DNA from: a virus
Taxonomy: Duplodnaviria; Heunggongvirae; Uroviricota; Caudoviricetes
DNA: 13,031 bases
Reading direction: 5' to 3' (one strand)
Virus record (IMG/VR): IMGVR_UViG_2548876858_000019
Part shown: in pieces, positions 6,138-13,031 of the stretch
How the letters are laid out: every line of letters starts with the position of its first letter
How positions within the stretch are numbered: position 1 is the first letter of the stretch
The notes under the pieces: generated by a model
What the model was told of the DNA's origin: nothing
The model's input: the letters and a program-made list of their open reading frames with translations, nothing else
Databases searched by the model: none
Position numbers and translations under genes: made by a program

Positions 6138-8810
6138 TTAACCCGGCACCTCGCTGTTGAAGACATAGAGTCTGCGGGGATTCATCTCTGGCGGGCGAAT
6201 GGTTGTCTGCAGCTTGCCATCGGTGGAGGGCAGCAGGTATCCACGATCCGCGCACAGACGCGCCACCTTGCGCGGGTCAAATCCCCGGCAGATTTCTTTC
6301 CAGCCGGACGGCATGACGTAGAACGTGGTGACGGCCTCCGTGCCCTGCGCGGTACTGCCTTTCTCCACCCTGCGCCAGCCCACCATATTGCCGGGGCGGT
6401 TACGCTCGTCGTGCCAGTCAGCAAAGCGGCTGTACTGATTCGCGGTAAAGAAGCTGCGTACCTGCTCCAGTGCGGCAATATCTTCCTGATTGGCGGTGTG
6501 CCCGCGATCTTTCAGCCATGCGTTCAGGCAGACGCGGGTTGCCCGCAGCGCTTCACCCTCAGGCCAGCCGGTAATACCCAGCCGGGTTGCCAGCTCGCCC
6601 GCCATCGCCACCAGTGCAAAGCGGTTCACAGCCCGGCCTACCTGATTACCCGCATCTTTCGGGGTCAGGGCGGCTGTATATTCCTTCATCAGTGACTTTG
6701 CCTGTGCCGTCAGCCCGTTAAGGTCAGCGGTCAGGGCTTTCAGCCACTCCCTGAACGGCGAACCGTAGTAGCTGGACGTGGCCCACTCCAGATGTTCCGC
6801 CAGAGCCTTGCCGCTGTCGAAGCCGTGCAGCTCCTCAAATACGCCAAATTTCCCGGAATCGCTGGGGATCTGGATCATCCTGACTTCCATCCCGGCAAAG
6901 GTACGCTCACCGGCTTTTGCCGCATGTTCGGTCAGTGACAGCTCGCCGGTTGAAAAGAACAGCAGCCGCCACTGCTTACGGGTGCGCAGCTCACCGTCCG
7001 TACCGGCACGGCCCTTGCCCTGACCGTTTGCCAGCATGTAGGCGATATTACCCGCCTCGCGTCCGTCCACCTCCCGGATCTCATCGAGCATCATGGCGGC
7101 ATCGTTGCGGCGGCTGGCGCATCCCTCCAGCGCGTTGCCGGTTGCCCGCCACGTCTGCCAGTAATCAGGCCCGCCACAAACGGAGGTTGCCGCTTTCATG
7201 GTGGTGGTCTTACCGTCAGTCGATTCCCCCTTGAGGTGGTAGCCGCCGCCGTCCATCCCAACCAGCCGTAACAGGGGTGCAGCAAAGGCCAGACTGACGG
7301 CAAACGCCACGCGGGAGTTACCGGTGCAGTAACGGGAAACGTGCTCCCGCCATTCCTCCGTTGTACCTGACACACGGAAATCGCGCCCCTGCACGGAAGT
7401 GGTCTGGAGAATGACACCCTCTGCACCTTCACCGCTGACCTCATCCTGCAGGACGTAAACCTGACCATGCCAGCCAGTGCGGCTGACGCAGGTCACGCGG
7501 CGTTCCGGTTTACACAGCGAGATATATTCCATCAGGCGGGCGCGGGCCTCACCGGTGGTGCTGATATAGGACAGCCCGTTAACCAGCAGTACCCGGCGTA
7601 GTTCCTCACCGCTACCACTGAGCATTTCCATCGGCATCGCCCAGCGGCGGCGCTCTCCCCATGTATCTTCCCACTCCAGCAGTCGCCCGAAATTACCGCC
7701 ATCAGCATCGCAGGTGATTGCCGTCACGCGCAACGGGTTGCATATTTTGACGTTCTGGATCTCCGTCTCACCGTTGCGCTGTACCTGTTTTTCATACCAG
7801 AGATATTCCTGGGTAAGACGGAACCCGTGCGGCAACTGCGTGCGGCCTTCTCCGCACAGTACAAGACCGTTACGAAAGGCTTCACGGGCACGTGTAATAC
7901 CGTGCTCACGGTGGAAGTCATTCCAGTCAGCTTTAATTTCTCCCGGTGGCAGCGTCACCCAGCCACCGACTGATTTTGCCGCCCGTTCAGCAAAGGATCT
8001 GCCGGGATTCTCGCCCCCGTCCTGAAAATCGTTATCACCGGCGATGATAATTTTTACCTCAGGCCAGCGTGCCCGCAGCGCCTGTGCGACGTTGGGCAGG
8101 TTGCCCGCCGATATGGCCGCCACTACGCATCCGGCGGTGAGCTGGCTTACCGTCAGCGCCGTGGCGTAACCTTCGGTAATCACCACCTGTACCGGCGGTT
8201 CAGACGGTAACGGGCTGAGCGCCACAAACGCGCCTTTCATCGTGCTGCCGGGCAGTATGCTTTTTTCACCCGTCGGGGCGATAAGCTGTGCACCGGTCAC
8301 GGCTCCGGCGTTCGTCGTGAGCGGTAACAGCAGGGAACCGGCAGGGAAATCCTTACCACTGATATGCTGCACGCTCCCGGTCAGGGAGGCCGGGTATCCG
8401 GCGAACCCTTTTCCGGTCAGATAGGGGCTTTCTCCCGTGTGACTCTCTTTCATCAGGGCCGCCACGGTAAGGCTCATATCGCGTTTAGGGGCTTTTTGCC
8501 TGGCGGGCTTAACGGGCAGTTCCTGCACATCCGGCACATTAAGCACCTGCGCCACCTCCTGCGCTGCCTTTCTGATGCCGTAACCGGTTATGAGCTTAAC
8601 CAGATCCAGACCATCACCATTGCCGCACTGGCTGCAAATCCACGTCCCGCGCCCGTCGAGGTCATCGAGGCGGAAGCGATCCTTGCCCCCACATTTCGGG
8701 CAGGGACCGTGCCTGCCGTTTTCAGGTACATCAATACGCAGCATCTGCAGAATGACGGGCCATTTTCCCCGCGCTGCGGCTGAAATCTGCGTAACCGTCT
8801 GTGTTGTCAT
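6138..8810 (-). CDS. P4 alpha-type primase-helicase (zinc finger + Toprim + P-loop NTPase)
   Basis: 890 aa; N-terminal HGPCPKCGG...CSQCGNGDG zinc finger; Toprim-like ITEGYATALTV and IIAGDNDFQDGG; Walker A GESTDGKTT; GGGGGA Shine-Dalgarno; ATG overlaps the TGA of the upstream ORF. Confidence 0.85.
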   Translation of the reverse strand: MTTQTVTQISAAARGKWPVILQMLRIDVPENGRHGPCPKCGGKDRFRLDDLDGRGTWICSQCGNGDGLDLVKLITGYGIRKAAQEVAQVLNVPDVQELPVKPARQKAPKRDMSLTVAALMKESHTGESPYLTGKGFAGYPASLTGSVQHISGKDFPAGSLLLPLTTNAGAVTGAQLIAPTGEKSILPGSTMKGAFVALSPLPSEPPVQVVITEGYATALTVSQLTAGCVVAAISAGNLPNVAQALRARWPEVKIIIAGDNDFQDGGENPGRSFAERAAKSVGGWVTLPPGEIKADWNDFHREHGITRAREAFRNGLVLCGEGRTQLPHGFRLTQEYLWYEKQVQRNGETEIQNVKICNPLRVTAITCDADGGNFGRLLEWEDTWGERRRWAMPMEMLSGSGEELRRVLLVNGLSYISTTGEARARLMEYISLCKPERRVTCVSRTGWHGQVYVLQDEVSGEGAEGVILQTTSVQGRDFRVSGTTEEWREHVSRYCTGNSRVAFAVSLAFAAPLLRLVGMDGGGYHLKGESTDGKTTTMKAATSVCGGPDYWQTWRATGNALEGCASRRNDAAMMLDEIREVDGREAGNIAYMLANGQGKGRAGTDGELRTRKQWRLLFFSTGELSLTEHAAKAGERTFAGMEVRMIQIPSDSGKFGVFEELHGFDSGKALAEHLEWATSSYYGSPFREWLKALTADLNGLTAQAKSLMKEYTAALTPKDAGNQVGRAVNRFALVAMAGELATRLGITGWPEGEALRATRVCLNAWLKDRGHTANQEDIAALEQVRSFFTANQYSRFADWHDERNRPGNMVGWRRVEKGSTAQGTEAVTTFYVMPSGWKEICRGFDPRKVARLCADRGYLLPSTDGKLQTTIRPPEMNPRRLYVFNSEVPG

Positions 8811-9190
8811 ATTTCCCCCTGATACAGCGATACACCCGAGCTGCAGAAGTCATCAAATGCCGCCGGAAGTGTGCGGTACAGCTCCGCCATCACTTCACAG
8901 CCGCGCACAGTCAGTACCGGTGGCGCGGTCAGCAATGATGGCTCCAGCATGTCAGTCAGCAGCGCCAGTGCAGCCGCTGCTCCCTGTGCTTCGCCATATT
9001 CGTTAATCAGTGCGCACTCGATATGCAGGGCAATGGCCATTTCAATACGTTCAACCGTCAGGCTGTGCGGACCATAGTGATCGCAGCCGGTTTCGGTCAG
9101 CGCTTTCTGGCGCCAGGCCGATGCAATAGCCCGCCGGTAAAGCGCAGTGGTCATTTCTGCCGGAAAAATAGAAACCTGCGGCTGGTTCAT
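8807..9190 (-). CDS. hypothetical protein (replication-module small ORF)
   Basis: 127 aa; strong AAGGAGG Shine-Dalgarno 7 nt before ATG; ATGA overlaps at both ends with neighbouring ORFs; no recognisable motif. Confidence 0.5.
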   Translation of the reverse strand: MNQPQVSIFPAEMTTALYRRAIASAWRQKALTETGCDHYGPHSLTVERIEMAIALHIECALINEYGEAQGAAAALALLTDMLEPSLLTAPPVLTVRGCEVMAELYRTLPAAFDDFCSSGVSLYQGEI

Positions 9191-9471
9191 TGGGTGCCTC
9201 CTTCAATCAGTTCGCAACTGTGCGCAATATCCGTCAAATCTGCCCGCAGGTACTCCATCAGCGCGGCGATGCCTGGCGCACATCCTGCATCCAGCGTTCC
9301 GCCCTGCGAGGGGTATTCAGAAAAGAGAAGCTGCAACATGTCGCAGGCCTTTCTGGCGCGGTCCAGCTTTCCGAAACCGTCCTCTGACAACCCATACGCA
9401 AAAGCACCGCTATTGTGTTTTTCAGGCAAAGCGTGGCCCTGAGCACCGTTGTGCCCGTTTGAAATATTCAT
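9187..9471 (-). CDS. hypothetical protein (replication-module small ORF)
   Basis: 94 aa; ATG 9469-9471 with GGAG upstream; stop overlaps the next start (ATGA). Confidence 0.45.
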   Translation of the reverse strand: MNISNGHNGAQGHALPEKHNSGAFAYGLSEDGFGKLDRARKACDMLQLLFSEYPSQGGTLDAGCAPGIAALMEYLRADLTDIAHSCELIEGGTQ

Positions 9472-9502
9472 CGTGGATTACTCCGTTTTCAGCGGTGTTT
9501 TG

Positions 9503-9862
9503 TCAGAGAAACTTTGAATAGTGACTGTCGTCAGGTTCAGCAGAACGCCGTATGCTGCGCTCCCGCCAGCGGGTAAATACCACCGACGGATGCAGCGTCA
9601 GCGAGCCAGAGCCGCTACCCCCCGCGGGAGCTAGCGAAGGTTTAAAGAGCGGGGCATTAAACAGGCGCGTATACCGCTGCTCAAACCATGCCAGAGGGCA
9701 GGAAGAAAGCTTATTGTCGCTGTCATGACGAATCAGCACTTCACAGCTGAATTCAGGGTTAACCAGCGCCACGGAGGGCGAGGCTTCAGTTAATCTGATA
9801 ATCGTGACAGTCCAGCCACGCTCATGCTGCCAGCGTTCGCCGGGTTGCGGATAATTACGCAT
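9503..9862 (-). CDS. hypothetical protein
   Basis: Track ORF starts at TTG 9892; first ATG at 9860-9862 is preceded by GGAGGTG and overlaps the stop of the upstream small ORF (ATGCGTAA); C-terminal half is low complexity (AGGSGSGS). Confidence 0.4.
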   Translation of the reverse strand: MRNYPQPGERWQHERGWTVTIIRLTEASPSVALVNPEFSCEVLIRHDSDNKLSSCPLAWFEQRYTRLFNAPLFKPSLAPAGGSGSGSLTLHPSVVFTRWRERSIRRSAEPDDSHYSKFL

Positions 9863-10031
9863 GTTCACCTCCACAGGGAATGCGACCGGCAAAGCTCAGC
9901 ACATAGTCCGGGGCAAGTCTGCGCCGCGCTGAGCGCTCGTTATCTGCGGTGATCCTTAACATCACAGGACGGGCATTGCGTTGACTGCGGTTGATCGCCG
10001 CAAATAACCAGGTACACTTCTGTTTAGCCAT
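9855..10031 (-). CDS. hypothetical small basic protein (first gene of the leftward operon)
   Basis: Track ORF starts at GTG 10085; ATG 10029-10031 preceded by GAGGT gives 58 aa MAKQKCTWLFAAINRSQRNARPVMLRITADNERSARRRLAPDYV...; coupled to the next ORF. Confidence 0.35.
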   Translation of the reverse strand: MAKQKCTWLFAAINRSQRNARPVMLRITADNERSARRRLAPDYVLSFAGRIPCGGEHA

Positions 10032-10113
10032 TTTCGTTACCTCATCTAACGCTTTGGTCAGACGCCTCGGCAGTGCCGCAAACACTCCGGGGCGTTGCTA
10101 TTTTGATTCCTTG

Positions 10114-10169
10114 TGTGTAATGTGTCATTACACATAAGCACATTACAATAGGTGTAATTGACGTGTCAA
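10114..10169. promoter_or_regulatory. operator-like palindromes in a divergent promoter region
   Basis: Perfect inverted repeat TGTGTAATG-tgt-CATTACACA (10114-10134) and palindrome TTGACGTGTCAA (10158-10169) overlapping the GTG start of the ribbon-helix-helix gene; lies between the leftward small-ORF/primase operon and the rightward RHH gene. Confidence 0.45.
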
Positions 10170-10342
10170 CACACAAGAACGAAAGACGTGGTAATCCACC
10201 ATTCCAGTTCAGACTTGACCCTGAATTGCGTGAGTTAATGGAAGAAGCACAGCAGCAGGATGGTGATGAATCACTGGCTGCTTGGATCAAACGCATTATC
10301 CGCAAAGAGCTACAAAGTCGTGGTTCCGAACCAAAGAACTGA
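10163..10342 (+). CDS. putative ribbon-helix-helix (Arc/CopG-like) DNA-binding protein
   Basis: 59-aa frame from GTG 10163 to TGA 10340-10342, absent from the ORF track (below its 60-aa cutoff); VSTHKNERRGNPPFQFRLDPELRELMEEAQQQDGDESLAAWIKRIIRKEL has the basic N-terminus, short beta-strand and two helices typical of RHH regulators; AGGTG upstream; the antisense 121-aa track ORF looks non-coding. Confidence 0.45.
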   Translation: MSTHKNERRGNPPFQFRLDPELRELMEEAQQQDGDESLAAWIKRIIRKELQSRGSEPKN

Positions 10343-10352
10343 TAAATACATG

Positions 10353-10379
10353 GGGAAGATTTTCTTCTTTCCCATTTTT
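10353..10379 (+). terminator. possible terminator after the RHH gene
   Basis: Imperfect hairpin GGGAAGA-tttt-cTTCTTTCCC followed by ATTTTTC. Confidence 0.3.
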
Positions 10380-10393
10380 CTAAGGTCGTCATA

Positions 10394-10603
10394 TTATTTA
10401 TCAGCATCTGAGGATTGAGCTTTTACCCACTGTCTAATTTCTTGTGCATCGTAAACAGTTACCCGTTTTGAAATACGTGTGGATTTTGGAAATTCAGGAT
10501 TGTTTTTTTCCCAGCGCCAGAGAGTAACTGTGCTTACTTGCAAAAAGTCAGCAGTAGCCCGTGGGCGGGCATGCCCGGTGATAGGGTAAGTTTTTAATGT
10601 CAT
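10394..10603 (-). CDS. alpA: AlpA/Vis-family phage transcriptional regulator
   Basis: 69 aa; TADFLQVSTVTLWRWEKNNPEFPKSTRISKRVTVYDAQEIRQWV fits the AlpA-type helix-turn-helix pattern; typical size and position next to a P4-type integrase. Confidence 0.7.
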   Translation of the reverse strand: MTLKTYPITGHARPRATADFLQVSTVTLWRWEKNNPEFPKSTRISKRVTVYDAQEIRQWVKAQSSDADK

Positions 10604-10609
10604 GAAATT

Positions 10610-10637
10610 ACCTGCCGTGTTATGTAATGAACACGGC
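10610..10637. other. 10-bp-stem hairpin immediately upstream of the alpA start
   Basis: CTGCCGTGTT-(8 nt)-AACACGGCAG; on the minus strand its 3' arm runs into the alpA ribosome-binding site (CAGGTAATTTCATG). Confidence 0.4.
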
Positions 10638-10710
10638 AGATGATGGCAAGGTTAGGGCTAAATTATCAGTGCCACTATTTTGTTTTTATGATGGTATAAA
10701 ATATTACCAC

Positions 10711-11685
10711 TTAAAATCTTCCTGCTTTAGATGAGCTAAGACATTCTTTTATCTTATCTTTTCCAAGTTCAACCTTTGTTTTTGGATTGTTTCTTTCTGC
10801 CACGATTTTATCTGCCCACGCGTCAATAGTCAGTTTTCCTCGTTTTCCATTGCAAGATGCTGGGTCATTTAGTAACCAATAAATAGCTGCTTTGTACACT
10901 GCCTCTCTTTTTGTTGCTGATGCTTCAACATTACCATGCACTCTTCGGATGCTTTCGATGCTGGATACACCACCATTCACATAGCTGGGTAGCTCTTTGC
11001 CAACACCGTTATCTAATTTTTCTATTTGGTATCTTGTTAAATAGATATCATCCAGTGTTATATTTCCAATAATATTTTTATTAGATGGAGATACTAATCC
11101 CTCTATTGATGATAAGCCTTCGAAAGGGGACATTGCTAATATTACCCACTCATCACTGCCAAATGCAGCATTAGTGAATGGCATATTAGCTTCTTTAAAA
11201 GAAATATCATGTGCTAATAGCCTTGCTTTACCATATACCTTTAGTTCTTTGTATAATGAAGATGTTGGGCTGATGACACATATAGACCACAATCCAGAAA
11301 GTAAGATTAATGGGCTTTTTATATTTGGTTTGTTTTCTAAATGGTATATTTGTTTTGGAGGTGAAAATGGCTTATCTTCTGTATAATCAATATCGAATTT
11401 TGCTTTTGGTATGAAATGGCTTAATGCAGATTTATTACTATAGTTTAATACTCTGGGTGGGTACATGTTTTCCCAATCTTTAAAATCTCCACCTTTACGC
11501 ATCATCATTAGCGCAGCTTCGAAACCATTTAATTCTAAGCAAAATTCGATAATTCCAATTTGAGCAAAATGGATAAGGTCATCAATTTGGCAATTAAGTA
11601 GTTCAGCAGCTCGTTTTAGGGAGCAAAATTCCATTACAGGAATACTATTCCTTTCCCAAACATTTAATCGTGTATTATCGCTCAT
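10711..11685 (-). CDS. hypothetical protein X, AT-rich, between integrase and alpA
   Basis: Track ORF starts at TTG 11763 overlapping the int stop; ATG 11683-11685 has a good AGGTGA Shine-Dalgarno and gives 324 aa starting MSDNTRLNVWERNSIPVMEF; no motif I can name; visibly AT-rich. Confidence 0.6.
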   Translation of the reverse strand: MSDNTRLNVWERNSIPVMEFCSLKRAAELLNCQIDDLIHFAQIGIIEFCLELNGFEAALMMMRKGGDFKDWENMYPPRVLNYSNKSALSHFIPKAKFDIDYTEDKPFSPPKQIYHLENKPNIKSPLILLSGLWSICVISPTSSLYKELKVYGKARLLAHDISFKEANMPFTNAAFGSDEWVILAMSPFEGLSSIEGLVSPSNKNIIGNITLDDIYLTRYQIEKLDNGVGKELPSYVNGGVSSIESIRRVHGNVEASATKREAVYKAAIYWLLNDPASCNGKRGKLTIDAWADKIVAERNNPKTKVELGKDKIKECLSSSKAGRF

Positions 11686-11759
11686 CACGTCACCTGTATG
11701 CACATATGGTAAAATGGGGCGAATAGCAGACTTTACTACTATTAGCCATTTTCTTATTT

Positions 11760-13031
11760 TCAAACAACGCGTAGTTTTTTCATTTTATAGGGGGCAATAT
11801 ATCTATCAGTGTTAGCTTCAATATAATTAGACCACCATTGCATCATCCGACGACGTTCATGCATATGCTGAGCTAAGTGTACATAAGCGGCTCGCACTTC
11901 ATTTCGTTCTTGATGGCTCATTTGCCGTTCTACTGCATCCCTCGACCATAAGCCTGATTCTGTCAGGGCTGAGCACGCCATTGCCCTAAATCCATGAAGG
12001 CAAATGTCCACCTGCGTGTCGTACCCCATAATTCTTAATGACTTATTAACTGTGTTCTCACTCATTGGTTTGTAAGGGTTACTATCTCCGGGGAAAATAA
12101 GTTCATACTCACCACTTATTTTTTTAATAGCTTCGAGAACATCAATAGCTTCATTAGATAATGGAACATAATGAATACTGCCCATTTTTGCCCCACGCTC
12201 TGAATATTTTACCCCATCAATTCTTTTTCTTTGAGCAGGAATAGTCCACATTGCATTTTCAAAATTAATTTCCTCCCATCTTGCGTGTCTCAGTTCACTG
12301 GAGCGAACAAAAGTATGAAGAGAAAATAATACTGCCAGCTTAGTTAACGGCCTCCCTGTATAGCTATCAATTTTTGATATTAATTCGGGTAATCGTTCTA
12401 ACGGAAGTGCAGGGCGATGCTTTATTTTGGGGCTGGAAATTGCTCCTCTTAGATCATGGGTAGGATTGTATTCAACAATTCCACGCTGAATAGCGTACCG
12501 GAAAACGCTTGCAAGAGTAGTTTTCACTCTTCCTGTTGTTGCTCCAATTCCCTGATCACTCATCCTCACCAATAATGGCAACAGGTCACTTGTTTTTAAT
12601 GAGTCGATGGGTTTATTTCCGATATATGGGAAAATATGATTTTCCATTTCTCTTAAAATTTTAGTGCGGGTAATCTCTTTCCATGAGGGATGGCCTATAG
12701 AGCCTTTATGCCACTCTAAAGCGATTGTCTGGAATGTAGCAGAGGCGGGTTCTGTTGGCGCTGCTTTTTTAGATACTCTGGGATCAACACCGTCGGCTAA
12801 AAGTTGCCTTGCTTCATCTCTACGCTTACGGGCAAGTGCCAGCGAAACGTCTGGGAAAACGCCCAAAGCCAGCGTAGCTTGTTTGCCGTTAAATCTGTAG
12901 TTCATTCGCCATGCCTTGGTCCCGTTCTTTTTAACTAAAAGATACAGGCTTCCCCCATCCGTCAGTTTGTAGTCTGTTTCTTTGGGTTTAGCGTTTTCAA
13001 CTTTCTTGGGTGATAGCTCATTTAGTGCCAT
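11760..13031 (-). CDS. tyrosine recombinase, P4 / CP4-57 IntA-type integrase
   Basis: 423 aa; N-terminal arm-binding region (YKLTDGGSLYLLVKKNGTKAWRMNYRFNGK); catalytic-region HGFR (HxxR) and tyrosine in RAAYVHL; start codon is the last three bases of the window, facing the presumed tRNA. Confidence 0.9.
   Translation of the reverse strand: MALNELSPKKVENAKPKETDYKLTDGGSLYLLVKKNGTKAWRMNYRFNGKQATLALGVFPDVSLALARKRRDEARQLLADGVDPRVSKKAAPTEPASATFQTIALEWHKGSIGHPSWKEITRTKILREMENHIFPYIGNKPIDSLKTSDLLPLLVRMSDQGIGATTGRVKTTLASVFRYAIQRGIVEYNPTHDLRGAISSPKIKHRPALPLERLPELISKIDSYTGRPLTKLAVLFSLHTFVRSSELRHARWEEINFENAMWTIPAQRKRIDGVKYSERGAKMGSIHYVPLSNEAIDVLEAIKKISGEYELIFPGDSNPYKPMSENTVNKSLRIMGYDTQVDICLHGFRAMACSALTESGLWSRDAVERQMSHQERNEVRAAYVHLAQHMHERRRMMQWWSNYIEANTDRYIAPYKMKKLRVV

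Larger units (their letters stand above)
1690..13031. mobile_element. P4-like phage satellite / tRNA-integrated element (continues past right edge to the tRNA)
   Basis: Bounded by the tRNA 3'-end repeat on the left and a P4-type integrase start at the right edge; contains alpha primase, Sid/Psu-family, Ogr/Delta, AlpA, iteron origin; size about 11.4 kb, close to P4 (about 11.6 kb). Confidence 0.7.

Noticed and set aside
6182-8783. Numerous 60-140 aa ORFs on both strands inside the primase gene
   Set aside because: All embedded in the 890-aa primase frame; Arg/Pro/Ala-rich translations typical of alternative frames in GC-rich DNA.
9863-10085. Track extensions of the two small ORFs (TTG at 9892, GTG at 10085)
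   Set aside because: Internal ATGs at 9862 and 10031 have good Shine-Dalgarno sequences and give the coupled ATGCGTAA overlap; the longer forms rely on non-ATG starts without a ribosome-binding site.
10042-10407. 121-aa minus-strand ORF
   Set aside because: Cys/Ser-rich low-complexity translation, lies antisense to the RHH-like plus-strand frame and across the terminator and alpA 3' end; judged a chance ORF.
11686-11763. TTG-start extension of gene X overlapping the integrase stop
   Set aside because: Start at 11761-11763 is TTG with no Shine-Dalgarno; ATG at 11685 has AGGTGA at ideal spacing. Extension kept as an alternative only.

Overview
The window holds the 3' end of a sucrose-utilisation locus (cscB-like LacY-family permease, 1-1248) followed by nearly all of a P4-like phage satellite of about 11.4 kb, integrated at a tRNA that must lie just past the right edge. 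Element boundaries: a 22-bp copy of a tRNA 3' end at 1690-1711 marks the distal end, and the P4/CP4-57-type integrase gene starts exactly at 13031. Reading right to left on the minus strand: integrase, an AT-rich unknown 324-aa gene (X), AlpA-family regulator, a divergent small ribbon-helix-helix gene missed by the ORF track, a cassette of four small translationally coupled ORFs, an 890-aa alpha-type primase-helicase, an iteron array (ori/crr-like), a late promoter with two TGT-N12-ACA boxes, a Sid/Psu-family gene, an Ogr/Delta zinc-finger activator and its terminator. Where P4 carries psu and cos, there is instead an AT-rich gene (Y, 3292-4257) whose N-terminus carries the DUF4062-type signature, followed by a full-length P2 Q-like portal gene on the plus strand with Delta-box-like dyads upstream. 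Y is my best candidate for an undescribed anti-phage system, with X second. No psu paralogue and no cos site could be recognised by eye. Several ORF-track entries begin at TTG/GTG and were trimmed to the first ATG with a Shine-Dalgarno. All identifications are from reading the sequence and memory of protein families; nothing was searched or computed.
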